Shown here: piece by piece, positions 11,294 through 25,700 of the stretch
How positions within the stretch are numbered: position 1 is the stretch's first letter
How the letters are laid out: each line of letters starts with the position of its first letter
Assembly: GCA_977030845.1 (NCBI GenBank)
Contig: OZ365118.1
Coordinates: 3,410,001-3,474,000 of the forward strand
From: Fimbriosthenelais zetlandica
Lineage: Eukaryota
DNA length: 64,000 nt
Direction: 5' to 3'
Position numbers and translations under genes: made by a program
Notes under the pieces: model-generated
Database searches by the model: none
Told to the model about the DNA's origin: nothing
The model's input: the letters and a program-made list of their open reading frames with translations, nothing else

Positions 11294-14200
11294 ATAAAAT
11301 CAAAAACATGAAACCACAAAGATGGCGGGCAAACGCATGTGTGTAACTGAAATAAATCCTGGTGGAAAACCAGTATGTGAGTGAAATAATACCATCTCAC
11401 ATCCGGCTGAGGCGTGATGAGTAGAAGCTCTCCCTCTCCCCCATCTCCCTCTCTCATTAAGTCGTCCTATAGAGAGATCCTCCTCTCACCCTGGGATCCA
11501 GACACGCTGAAAGCTTATCTCACTGTGTTAATGGACATGGAATACTTGACAAGGACGAGTTGATAGAGCGGGAAGAATAATGGTCTGCTTAATTCATCCC
11601 AAAGGGATCTATTAATGGTGGGCCTGGGGAGCGGTTACCATGATGCGACGTTACCATGGTGCACCGTTACCGTGGTGTCTCCAGGTGGGTACACTATTAA
11701 AAATGATGGCCGCAATCAGGACTTGTTCCCACTGGGAGTTAATACCATGGTATTCAAAGAAACATCTCAGATGGATAGAAATGATTACCAATTGAGATGA
11801 AAGCATGGAGAAACTTCTCATCACTTTTAGTTTTTTAACCATTTCTTTACTGAGGAAAGAACCTTCAATGAAGGAGCATATCTGAGCTTTAGAGCCATCA
11901 GATTAGATTGTAGCCGAGCAGTTATCCCGGCGTGTATTATCAGGAAGCATGACTCCATGTTAAATCAAGCGTGGAGATATTCATACCTCTCATCATTGGT
12001 CATGCCTCCATGCTTGTTCCTCCACTATCATCCCTCTATATCTCTGATCATGGAGGATGGCATGGAGTGGCTTACATGTGTTTTGAGGTATCAACCCTCC
12101 CGTTTCTATAATGTACATGTGATAAAGAGAACTAAAACCATCTGCTCTCTTGGCGCCATGATCATCTCCCCCACCCTGGTCCCTACAGTCCAGACAACAA
12201 AAACACCCCAACTCAAAACACGTGAGAAAAATGAGGAAATGAGGATTCAAACTTGATGGGTAATACTTGTTGCTTAGCCCGGAGTGTTCTGATAACTAAA
12301 TGAGAGAGACAGGGACCTATTTGATCTATAATAGCATCTCTCTTCATGTCACAATCCTGAGATAAGGATGGGATGATAGGATTGATCCCTGGTTAGTGTC
12401 ATACAATAAGGCACATCCAGGTACTTGATGTAATACCTATATACGGTGATGGCCACTTAGACATATATGGCTTGGATGATGTCAATAGTGAATATTGTAT
12501 AGAGGGGGTTTATATTAAACAGTCCGGGGGGGATCTGAGATAAAGGACGTGCTAGTTTTTAACGTCAGTTTCGTCAGGGGTGGCTCTTTATCATGCTCAC
12601 CATTATTATTTTCCACATCCTGTCTTATGTAGGACATATGAATATATAACCCCAGAGAAAAGATCCTTTCTTCCCATATCTTCATATTAAAATTCCAGCA
12701 TTAAATACCCAATTCATATTGGTTAGACACAACAGTATTTAGTCAAATGACTATCTGATATTTGGTATAATGTGCTGGTGTCATACATATATAGGAGAAT
12801 GGGGAATTATTGAAGTTGTTATGGGAAGATGGCAGAGAGAGCGACAATCAGAGGTAAACTTGGTGCCTTTGAGGTGTGAGAAAACGACCAAACGTTTACT
12901 TCACATGTAAGGCGCCATTATCTGTAGCGATTTACTAAACAAATAAACACGATACCTGGTCACAAGAGCTCTTTTCAAGGCGCTCAAGCTTGAAAGCAAC
13001 AAGCAAAAATGCCAGAGGTGCTTTTTCTCGCGTCTTCACCTAAATAAAATAGGGATCACCTCAAGGTTCAAGTGTTTTTCTACATTCAAATGTGGATCCA
13101 AACAGGCAGAAAATTGTTTTTAACCGAAAGGTTCAAAATGATCCAATACATTTATGAGTTTTCATATCTACTACGGGGATCGATTTGTCATATTTCCTTT
13201 CCCCCCAGTATTCAGCAATGAAAACCTACTTTTGCAGATGCTAGATTAGAGAAAAATGAAAACAATAATTCATTGTAAATTGACTGATTCAGTCGCAGAT
13301 AGGTGGTGTTAATCGCCAACAAATTAGTCAATTAAATTAACTTAAGAAATGTCCACCAGAGGGACGCATGGTTTTGCCAGGTGAATGTGACTATTATAAT
13401 AATCTAGACTAACAGTGTATAATGACAGTAAGTATTAACTGTGACTGTGTGTATTAGTCATGGGACGTGTGAATACATCACATGAACCCCCCTCTCATCT
13501 AACATTTCAACCCCTCACAAATAAAGCGCATATTTTTCCATCAAAAACAGCCTTTGAAGCTACTATTATAAAGTCTGAAGTCGTTACATGGCCACGGACC
13601 GATCTCACATCCGACAAGTCACGAGATGCCATACAACACAAGTGACAACCCAACTCCTCATCCGAGGCCAAGAGAAAATCTAAAATCATCTAAATGCTTC
13701 CCTTATAATGCATCCAAAAATACCACAAAAATAGCCAGCAATTAAAATGACAGACTGAAGACGTAGGACGGTGTAGGTGTGCCAGGTTATGTGTGATGAT
13801 TATTTTAAATGGTTTATAGCTCATGTCTGGCAGGTAGAAACATTGTGATGTTTAGATGTAGCCTGGTTAGACCACACTCTACCATCAAAGGTAAGTGTGT
13901 CCGGCCACCTGGTCCTGCGCCGACTCAGGTGTTAAGGATGGGGGGATTGTTCTCCTGTCATCACCTAGGCCCAGCTACCAAACTTTGATCACAAGTTTCT
14001 CTCCCAATAAAATCTCACCTTGGATTTAAAATATTCAAACCAGACGGCAGGCAGGCCCAGCCATTAGATAATTATATAAAACAATATGTGAGAGACAGAC
14101 AGTTAGGTAACTTAGTCCATTATGTCTATTACTGGGGAAAAAGTGGGAAATGCACGGACATTGGTGGTTAATAGGGTCATAAAGATGGCTAGGCTGGCGT

Positions 14201-15632
14201 TAGCACCCTATGATGCAACCAAATGCCACTAGGTCTAACGCCAATAATCTTTAAATATACCAAGCATCAATATTTCCACAAAAACACAGATCAATTTAGA
14301 TAAGATTCAAGAAAATGACGCTAAATGTATCTATTAATAGACCTACCATTTTGAGTTGCATAAGTACCGGATGCCCAATCTGAAACCAACATAAATGTAC
14401 TTGATTAACAAAGAGGCCATGGGAAATCATAGATGATAAATATAGCTCTGAATAATGGAAACAAATGATAATGTTATAAAGCCTGCACTGTAGAAGACCC
14501 CAGCAAAGACAGATAAAGGCCAGCATTGACTGGCCGGGGGAAGCGCAGACATGGGAGCTTCTATAGTCCACTCATGTGGAATACTAATCTATTAACTTTA
14601 ACTAAGGGTGAAATCTATAGAACCCTCCCCATTACATTTGTGTACTGCACCAGAATCAAATTCCATCCTTTCATATAAGCACAGCTCTGCGATTGTTCAC
14701 AGATGCAAATTATAGTGTAATTAATTTAAAAATCAGAAAGGCAAACAGAAGTGGCATAGATTCTATTATTTCTCAAGCACTTCTATTGTCAGGCACTTCT
14801 GCACTGGTAACAATTTAAACTTTTCCCAGCCGAGTCAAAGAACAACCCAGGTGATGGTGTAGTTTATGGGTGGCCATGTATATGGCGGTTGGTATGAGAT
14901 TCCATCTTTTAAGGTGTTAACAATACTTGGTATTATTAATCCAGCAATTAACCAACCTTTTACCTGACTCACATTAATGGAGGCAGACAGACACTGGCGC
15001 CCGGGGTAAAAGATTGAGGTGAAATATTGAAAGGTCCAGGGGGAACTCAACCCTTTTAGTGACAAATTACAAGCCATACAACCAGGGATCTTGAGCATCT
15101 TTTTAATGCCTTCAATTAGTGAGTGCTACCAGTGGTGGACTAGAGTCCCCGGGGTCCCTCCTCTCAGGTCCACGTCCACCCTTTGTTCGGCTCCCTCTCC
15201 CCACTCTCCCCGCTGGAGTCCCACTCGACCTTTTGATTCCTTTAGAAAATTGGTTACAATGTCCAACAGTCTGAGAAAGGTTCTAAAGTGAAGCTATTGA
15301 GTTGGGAAAAAATGAGCCTTTATAGGAGTATTCCTATAGTATATAGATCTAGGCTAGGTATCTATAGATCTACTAACACCACCCTATACAAGACCAAGCT
15401 TTTAAGTTTATTTTATCAGAGATGACAGAATGTAAAGTGACAAAATCAAACTCTAAGCTGTCCTTTGATATCGAGAAGCAAAGGCCTCAAGCGATATCCA
15501 AATTGTGTCCATTTTATACAAATAATTATCTTAGGATACCCCTAATTACGAACAGCAAGGGGAAAGGACTTATTACTAAAACATTATATTGAAATTTCAA
15601 AAAGAACTTCCTTCAATGTTCATAAATCATAT

Positions 15633-15742
15633 CTTTGAGTCAAAATGTAAAGAATATATCACACCTTTGAGTCAAAATGTAAAGAATATATCACCAACTT
15701 GGTGATATATTCAAGTTGGTGATATATTCTTTACACTTTGAC
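15633..15742. repeat. Compound repeat: 32-bp-period tandem duplication fused to a 30-bp inverted repeat with 12-nt spacer
   Basis: Direct copies 15633-15662 and 15665-15694; arms 15671-15700 and 15713-15742 are reverse complements with 1 mismatch. Confidence 0.95.
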
Positions 15743-18360
15743 CAAGAGCTATAGGTGGGAAATAAATGGCAGGAATCAATTCAGATAATCAGTAGGAAAA
15801 CCGATCTTTAAGAAAGTAAAACTGAGACCTATCGATGTATAAGAAGAATCTATATATTGGGAGGGAAGGCAGCTTTCTCTTCCCTTCTTACAATTATTTA
15901 TTGCTTGCATTATTTTCAGTCTACCGGCCAATTCTTCCAAATGGCTCCCACCGCCTCCTAACACGATCCTAACTAGTGGGATAAAAGTGAGGGACGCGCC
16001 GGTCGTCTATTGTCATCTGCATGTCTGAACATCACAGCCAATTTACACCTTTACTGCTTGATTGGAGAAGAGAGGCAATGGCTTCAGCATGGCTGGCTTC
16101 ACCTCCATAGACCTGGCTGGCCGCCGGTATACTAGACGAGCTCTCAGCCCCGATATTCAAGAGGATTTTATATACTAATTGATCATTTATATTTAGGGGA
16201 AAATATGCTTTTCAGATCTGAAGGTTGAGCATTGAAATGGGAAGAAGCCACGATCTCCTCTATAGCTGGCTTCAATTGATTGAGCTATCTCGAATGACCA
16301 GCTCAGAGCTGTGGAAAATGGAATGCGACACCAACTTAAGATTTTAACACATTTTTCTCACTTTTAGTTGACAATCTTAAGATGTTATATCCAAGTAGCA
16401 AGGCTTCAGTACCCAATAAATTTTGAGCACTGATTGCCTAAGCAATGTACTTGGGAAGAGGAATTCTTCCTGCAATGATTTCTATGTTTTCTCTGTTCAA
16501 GAAATTCAAAAATAATCATTAGACATGGACATATCTAGTCTAGCCATGTCTGGACGCGGGAAGGTAGGTTTTGTTGGTTTGATGTGGGTGTGTGTGTGTG
16601 AGGTGTTGCTGGGATGTGGGCATCCAGGCTTGTGACAGACACATCAGACCAATGTAGAGAGCAGCTGTCAGGAGATCTGTCACAGATAGCTCACTGACTA
16701 TCTGATGTCTGCTAGCAGGGGCCTTCTTCCTCAAACCAGAGAGACTACACAGTGTAGTCACTCCAACAGGCTCCAAAATAAGGCACAGTTGGTATGCAAG
16801 GCTTCTACAAGCGCAAAAATAAAGCAGAGCTTGAAATTATGCCTTGAACAGAGAGCATTTTTGAATAAATGTACTTTCAAATTCACAGATAACGAAATCT
16901 GGGAAATATTTCACTCATTCTCCCTTCAGATAAATCTACCATTACATTCCTTTTAGACAACTTAGGACATTGAGATGCAAGGGGACTTTAATATTGAGAA
17001 ATGATTCCACACCCTTCCATAGCCCCTCAGCTGAGTGTAAATCTCAAGCAGTATGTGTAGCAGCCATTTTTGAGAGTGAAGAGGGCATGTGTGTACATAC
17101 ACCGATGGCCTGGAGCGTGCGGATTTACAAGCAGGTGCGGCAATATGGTCAGACCTTATTCCTGCCTGATTCACCGTGAACATGCTTTAATATAATAATC
17201 GTTTCTTCATGACCAGCCTTTTTCACGCCACAAAAGGGAATCACTCCCACCAAGCGCGGAGAGTGGAGGGAGTGGGAGGCAAGGCGTGCCCTGCTATAAT
17301 AATACTGAGGTACCATAAAGGTACAAGACAAACATGGATCGTATAGGGCATGTGGCTGGGTGGATCTTAGTCTGAAGGATTCAACACTTTTGTACTTTCA
17401 AGTGGTTTCATAACATCATAGATTGCACTGATGGTAACTCAGATAATATTATAGTCACAGAAACGACCAAATTGAGGTAGAAACCATGCACAGCTATAGA
17501 ATTTCTTGTTAAGTAAGTATATAAGGCAAGATGCACTAAGTTCCACATTATGTGATGACAGATTTACTGGCACGAATTTAACCCAAAGTTTTTTTACACT
17601 TACAAAATAATTTCTTCACCTCATTCAATAAGAAGTTGAAGCTTTCACTGAATGGAAGCATGTAAATGGTCAGCTCAAATCATAGATGGGATTATAGAGA
17701 TTTGTGGCAGTAATTGTGACATGCACCTGTATTGTCAATGACAGATTGTGCTTTTCACCCTGTCAGGGACTGTAGGTGTATAATAGTGTGAACTATGTGA
17801 CCCACTCAGCCCCAGTTAGCGTGCCCTCCACCCCACATTCACAGCCTATTATTGAGTGGTTTTCTCAGTAGAAGAAGAATTCTCACTTTTTGTGGCGGAT
17901 CGAGGTTTATCTGGCACGCGATGCTTCATGCATTGACCAGCAGGGGGTGAGGGTGAAGGGTGTGGCTGCTGTAGACTTCATGATGGACCACTGGACAATG
18001 GCCAGTTGTGGGGGTAGAGGGGATGGGTTATCATTGCCTTATAGCCATGGAAACCGGGCAAGTAGTACATGCAATATTCATACACATTATAACCCATAAA
18101 AATAAAAGTTAATGTAAATGATTCTTAAGGCAAATTACACAGGATTCGTGGCATAAATTAATGACTTTTGAAGGTTTGAATTGTTAACACTTCATTTTCA
18201 AATCAGATATTCCATGGAAGAATCAATAGCGGTATTATCAAGGCGCTGGTGAGCCAGGTGCCTGGCAGGGATTCGTGATAAGGTGGTCGGTCATCAACAC
18301 CCCACACCTTGATCTTCACTAAATATAGAAAACAAGCTGGTCAGTGTCCAACACCCGGCA

Positions 18361-18386
18361 GGGGGAGCCGGGGGGAGGGGCGGGGG
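18361..18386 (+). other. Canonical G-quadruplex motif (four G5 runs) containing an Sp/KLF GC box
   Basis: GGGGG-AGCC-GGGGG-A-GGGGG-C-GGGGG; formation in vivo is not shown. Confidence 0.7.
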
Positions 18387-19710
18387 CAGCACGGAAATGT
18401 TTAATTAGGCTCCCTTTATTATTGATCACTTGTCAAAGATTTGGACGAGAGCTGGTGAGAAAGAATGATAGGTGGTTTATACACCGGGGATTCATGAAAA
18501 TAAACAGGATGGGTCGGTTCTCTATATATACGAATACACTTCTCCAAATATTCTCTTAACATATTAAATTAAAACTAAATCATGTATGCAAATCGTCACA
18601 AAATGAAACTTAAATCAAATAGAATTTAAAAGTGCTTTGTACTAAGGATTTGCACAGTAACCTTGGATTTCATTTCTATACCCTCAAATTGCACGTATGC
18701 TTAAAAAAATTAAGGCAGCAAATTTCTTTGCACAACTGTACTAAGCGACCTACACGTTAGCACAACAAGTATTGTAAAGCAATAAGTAAATGAGCACCTG
18801 ACGTACAAATAACACCAATAACTCTTTATAAACGTAATGTCTGATACAATCACGGAGGAAACGCGGCGCAGATCAAGGAAAACCAATCCATTATTTATAA
18901 CAGATCTACAACAAGAGTTATACACCAAAGCAGTGACGGGGGGGGCTGTGCAAAAGATACGCATCTGAGGCTAATGGGGTGTATCTTTTTTTGTGAAACA
19001 ATCCCCATGATTGAAGTATAAAATAAAAGCTAGTAGGCCTGTATATCATGATTGAATCCTGATCACGGGAGAGATGGTATCTGAACCTAATAAAAGTAAA
19101 TCAAAGTAAAGTTAATCTCTACACGAACCACCCACATAAACCTGTATTAAAACCTGTATACAGGAACTGGCCATGTCGTGCTGATCCCACCCTCTAATCA
19201 TGGCCTTATAATCTGATATTATAATCTGATTTATAATATAGTTATTAGGATATTAGGAGAGAGCACCGCCCCATATGGATTATCACTAAGAAGGGCAGTA
19301 GAGGATTAAATGTAGTTAGAACTCTAAAAGGAAGTAAAGACATCCCCCTTAAGACGTTCTTAAGAAGGGATTAAGAAATTGAACTTCTCACACCTATAGA
19401 ATATAGTTCTCCTATATCATAGTCTTAAATTAATGCATTATGATATGGATTGCATGGAAAAGTCTTTACATGTATTCAGTCATTTTATCTTCGGCTTTCT
19501 ATTCTGCCATTTCTTCCATATGCTCAGAAGCACAAATTCAACTCAGATTGTTTTCTTTTACATCAAAGGAAGTAGGAGCAAGGAAGGAAAACATTCTCAA
19601 TCCTTCCACCATTCTTCCATATTTGCCAAAGAATTTCTAAAATAATTTCCAAGGCCTGGTTCTGTCATCACATTGGAGGTAAACCAAATAGACCGGGAGC
19701 TAAATGAGCC

Positions 19711-19745
19711 AGCCGCCTGCTGGGAGCCGCCTGCTGGGAGCCGCC
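19711..19745 (+). repeat. 14-bp tandem repeat x2.5 (AGCCGCCTGCTGGG) in a CpG-rich patch
   Basis: Copies at 19711, 19725 and a partial at 19739. Confidence 0.85.
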
Positions 19746-22700
19746 CCGGGCGCCGCTTATACCATGGCTCTCTTTTTGGTGGCGAGCGTTGAGCGAGGAG
19801 CAAGCCTTGAGGCATCCCTGCCCCTCCACGGCGAATAGAAAACGAATTAGTGCGAATAATCGAAACAAAATTAGTCATTCATATCCTAGTACGCCCCACT
19901 GGGCAATCGCTATTAGACCGCACCGCTGGAGGCCCGTCAAGTAGATTAAAACATTAAACACAAATATGCATTGATTCTCACTTTGTTTATCCACGTTCCA
20001 TTCTGGATATTGGTGGATATACACCTCCAACAGGGAAATACACTGAACATGAGAAATCATAATAAAATCACAACAACAAAGATCCAAGATTATCACCGCA
20101 CGGATCTTTTTAAACATGGCAGGGGTCCTCTCATACTTGTGAACATGGATTTCAAAATCGTCTGATATGAAAAAATTCTCAGACAGGTATAGAACTAATG
20201 AAAGGGGATTAAGTTATTAGACGTCTGAGATATGGGAACCTTTATAGATGTAGACGAGTTGATGGCAATGCTCAAAGCACCATCTGATGTCTCCTGAACC
20301 TCTATTGTTTAAGTGCAGTTAATCCCCATCAGTGAATGATTTAAGGATATTATAGATCCTACAGACATGTTGATCCTTACTATAATTATTATTCCACAAT
20401 TTGTAACAATTACAATGATTTATTAGTGTGGGATAATACCAGCCTACCAATCTAAAAGGTGATATATACTCAGATATCACTCTCCCCACTCCTCTTTCAT
20501 TACAATGCCACGTGTTGAATTTTACATAATTATTTTACATGAAAGTGAACTTTTATTGTAAAATAATTGGATTTAATCACTTCTTATCTGCCTCCGTTCC
20601 CCGGCGTAATTAAAACCTTTGAAGTTATTAAATCTCTTAATTAAAGGGCCGTAAATCAATGTGGGCTCATCATTGTTTCCGTCATGTAGTCGATACAAAT
20701 TATAATAAATTGGTAATACATCCATATTAAATATGTTAAATATTAGTGCAAAAATAGTGCAGTGTACCCAGATCATATGAATCTGATGGGAGAAAAGTCA
20801 TCAAAGAGATCTTAATTGATCCAATTGCAGTATTGGGGAGCAAACCAATCAGTGACCTTTTGGGTGATTAGAAGAATTTAAAAGTTATCAAAAGGGCTAA
20901 AATATTGTAATAAGCTAGCCTACTCTAGCTCTCTCACATGAGGTTCGTGTTCATTTAAAATAAATTGACGGTTAAATCCCCGAGACATGAATTTTATCAG
21001 TAGAGAAAACAGAGGATGTTAGAGACATCAGGGAGGAGTGGAGGTGCAGGCTCATGATCTATAATACTTTAAAAGACACGAGCACGAGATGGAATACCAA
21101 TATAGGTCCACGAGTGCCAGCCCCGAGTCTGGCCCTCTCATCTAGCCATCTACATCCATTTGTCATTCATGCTTTATCTTTAGACTTGCTACTGTCTCTG
21201 CAACTTTTAAACCATTATTCAACAAAGATTATCCCAAGTTCAAACTGGATTTGACAGAAGGAAATCTCATATACATAGAGGCGAATTCAACATTGAACGA
21301 AGGGAAAATATCAGGGGAATAAAGAATTTCGGATGATGAATTAAGATGAAAGAGACCTTGACAAATCTAAAGACAGAGACAGACAGATGGGTTTTCTTTT
21401 ATAGTTGAACTGGTCCAGCATGAGGAGCATCCCTTCACGGGGCGACCATCACAGGGACGACCACGTGATCCCTGACCCCATTAACTGACCCCACTGACCT
21501 CTACCCTGTGTGGTCATGCCAATGTCCAGTCACAGGTGTGATATGTATGGTGAATGATAAGATAATAATGAGGGCTATATGTACGCTCACTTATCCCGGC
21601 TAAATGTCCGCTTTATACGGTATACATCTACAATACCATGACCTTCTCAATTTCACCCAGCTTTTGTGTCGTTCTGAATCAAAAGACCAAAAGAAAACAG
21701 ATCTTATTGGCCACGGAAACGACCAAAAGTGGTCATCACTCATGGCTTTGACTTGGGATCTTTCTCTGGGTACTTTCCGGTTCACATGAATTCACTGATC
21801 ATGAAAATTCTTTAAGAATTCTTGTAAAATACCAGGGAAAGGAATGAGGAATCTGGAGGGACTGTCTCAAACGTTTTCTAAATAACAGTCATTATAGGAA
21901 ATTTTAGAACGGTTTGTATTTGAAAAAGTGGAAATTGCCTTTCTCGGGTGGGGAGGTTTGAGGCAGATTTACACACACATCAGTCATTGAGACAGCTGTG
22001 AGCGGTGGGTCGTGGTTTGTCATTGTCATTTACTGTATTCCGCTCTCACTAATTCCCGCTCCCAGCCATCATTTCTAACCTGACTGACTCAATATCTCTT
22101 CCCCAGTGATCGTCAGACTGACAGTCTATTTGTTCCTGTCCATCTCCCTCTCTTCTCTCTGTAATATAATGCAGATTCCTTTCTCCAGCTCTGCCTTCAC
22201 CGGAGCAGATTAATTTGCTAAACACACAGGATGTTCAGCGGGCCATGTCAGTTCGTATGAAGCCCCTGCCATGTTCACCTTTCATTTCTCTAATTATCAC
22301 CTAAGGCAGTCAGGAATTAAATCTATAAACCTATAACTGGCTCCCACTACTGTGGACACTTCAACAATTATTTTCAACTTAATTGAAACTTAGGAGCAAG
22401 CCAAATTGTCCTGCCGGAGCCAGTGATGTTGGTATATATGACAGATGGTGTAATTATCATGAGTTCATCCCTACTCCTCCTAACTTATCCTAGAGTTACT
22501 TTACCTCTACTCACCCATTAAATATGAATAATGGGAGTTGTTAATTAATCTATTATATTGTCAGTGGGTGCATGTTGATGATTATAGAGCAGGGCATGCC
22601 TGGAGCTGAGCTTTCTAGGGGTGTGCGCTATATTAGATATACAGGAGCGTGTGTGGGGGTCGTAAGACATCAGCCGTATACGTTCCCACGTAGCCCCGCA

Positions 22701-25700
22701 TCATGTCACCCCCCCCCCCCCCCCCACACGTGTATGTGCACGCTGCGGCATGTGTCAGTCGCTATTAACACGTTAATTTATTCCCAATAAACGCACCAAT
22801 TTCTACCTATTGAGCTGGAATTGGAATCAGTTGTGGCAGTGATAATCTTATCTTGATTAAATCAAATTCCTGAATCGCTGCTTGGTATTTGTGAAATGAG
22901 GTTTGGGATGAAGTGAAATGAGCAATAATATGATGGCACAAGTTCAGAACTTAACTCAATGTTCAAGTTATTCTCATGTTATATTTTAGTAATATTTTGT
23001 TACAATTGCAAGACAATTTAAGACTCTTAGCTGAAGTTTGAAATCAGATTACTTAATTTTATAAACTGCTCAAAATGTATGCGATTCCAAACAAGTTGAG
23101 ACTGAGTTTGGGTATTAAATGTATGATTATATATACACGTGGCAAGCAGCAAGCCTGGATCCCGTATCAGTACATGTTAATCTGATTATTAGAGCTTTAT
23201 CTTGATTACTTTCTGAGATCCCTCTGTAATAATAACAGCCATATAGGCTGTGTAGATTGTAATGGGGATTGCTAGAGACTATAACGGTATGAATGACTAA
23301 TGTGTATGGGATTTATTATAGTGTATAAGTGAATACATGTAGATTACTGAATGCTATGATTAGATGCTTATCACATGATCTCAGTGTAGCAAGGGGGAAG
23401 ATTATTACAATTACGATAATGTTTCAGATTACTGTTGATTGAGAAATATAGTTTTAAAAACATATCAACTTGAAATTGGTGAACCGTACGATAGAGATTG
23501 TGAAATAAAATGGTTCAATCATACATTAAAAATATTTGTCTAAATCTTCATATCTCACTTTTACCATTTTTACAAAAAGAAATCAAATGAATGGGGAAAG
23601 GGATTGAGAGGATCGGTTCATAGTACAGTTGAAATAAGTCAAGCTACGCCATCATCATACAAAAATATTGAAGGACATTCTTGGCAGAATTATGAAAACT
23701 TTCTACATTAGTGACTCCATGTAAGTTGGCCATCGTCCAGTGAACCACCCACATAACTCAATCTAACATTTAGATCCTATTCACAGAGAAAGTTTTACAA
23801 ACTCAGTTATGAAAAAGATACTAATAGAGTTGGGAGCACACATGAAGGGAGAGGGCCGTGGAGAGTGCCAACCTAAAGCGTCTCAGTCATTGGTTATCAT
23901 GAAGACATTTCATGGATAAGATCCGAACTGAGTGCATCTTTATGAACTCATAGACTCATCAAAGATTCAGCTAAACTAGGTGAGTGATTTAAACGGTTAA
24001 AAGTGGTTCAATTGCCTTTGATCTTCGATCAATTTTAGATATTTGAAAATCACAGATAAAAACTAGCCAGGAGGACAAAGTCCTCAGTAAAGGGCATATA
24101 ATTGCTAGCATTTTCTGGTCATTCAGTTGAAGCATATTGCGACATATTGTATGTTTAGAGGATGTTTAGTGTATTATGAGGTAGAGATATGGCCGGGTGA
24201 GTGTATGATAATGGTAGCCCTGCTTGTTAGTCAGTGAAATATAGATGTGCCCTCACACTACCCACTCCACTGATTTGACTAATAGCCCGGCCTCTGAACG
24301 TCTATTTACACTACGACTTATGGTCACAATAGTCCTTAAAACCGCGCATTAAATTCATAAATTCACTCATAAATAAGGCGGGGTAGGGGGACAGAGGTGG
24401 CCCATCACCCTCCAATTACTGTTATTTTTTTCTAAAGCAGAGGTTGATTTTGTGTATTGCTCTGGTTGTCTTGTCTTGCTGATACACAAAGGTAGCCATT
24501 CCATCTGTTGATGGTATCTGTATTGACATATTGCCCCTTGCCTGTTGGACCCTGGACGGGAATGTACCAACCATCATAGAGACAGACAAATGTCAGTCTG
24601 AGTCCAGAATTTGATACAGTAGCTTTAAGATAATGTCGGTGTTTTGGACCTTTCTATCAGGGGTCAGTGTGAGGGGGGAATCACCCCAAGTGACCAGGGT
24701 TGACCATGGGTTAAGACAACATGGACAATGGGCCTGCATCCTTGAAAAAAAGCCCCTCTGGCTGTCTCTCCCCATATGGTGTGAAACGCTATGTATCATC
24801 TAAATAAAAATAAGCTATTTTTCACTCAAAAGTCATATATTGTCATGAGAGAATAATTGCCTAGACTAGACCAAGTTAAAAGTGGATAATTAATCATATA
24901 TAAAAACACAATTTTTGATCAATTCGGAGACAAAGCCAACGGAATAGGCACAGATGAATTATAAGTGTTGGCCTAAGCAGGTCGTGGAGTAGCTGGGGGG
25001 TATGAGGGGAGAGTAGGTCTGAACCAGGGACGCCAGGTCACCTCAATAATGACGGTTAATGACAGAGGACCATCACCTGAACACTTCCTGGAGGACTGAT
25101 ACCATCTATACCTACCGTGGAGCCATTTACAGGTGTATATACCCCCTACACCCACCTATAGGACCTACAATGGTCAACATAGGGGTCATATAGGAAGGCT
25201 AACATACACTGACACCACAAACCCATTATTGACTTTTTTAAAGTTTTGTTTCATTTTGATAAATTAGGACCAAGCTTCCCTCTCTCCCCACCTGCTCGCC
25301 CCAGGCTAGGAGCATTATCATATTATTACTGTCACAAAAATTATGGAATTATGAAAATTGTTCTAACGAAACTTCTCAAAGCAAAGATGATTTTTTATAT
25401 TTTTTACTTTCAAAGCAATTTCAGTAATTGTCAGTAATAAACCACTTTGTAAATGCTCGACTAAATAATGGCAACTAGGCTGCAGTATGTTCAAAGGATC
25501 ATATGGAAATGTTGTACCAGTTTTTGATGCTTTCCTTATGCCAGGTTTACCAGACAAGTGATAACAATCCATCTTGAGATTAAAACACTTTTGTTTTGTC
25601 AAATTGGACTGGTCTCCGAAAAAAGTCTGCCACATAAGCCAAAGACAAACTATATACTGCCATCTGCTATAGTGTAGTCACTTTTCATTAAACATGTAAA

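Noticed and set aside
19845-19856. AATTAGTGCG(AA) recurring at 19845, 37487 and 63499
   Set aside because: Post hoc triple 10-mers are expected many times in 64 kb.
24055-24105. GAGGAC-AAA-GTCCTC mini-hairpin with AAAACTAG and AAGGGCATATAA, vaguely like helitron-associated repeats
   Set aside because: Too short, with a single copy and no termini to support a call.
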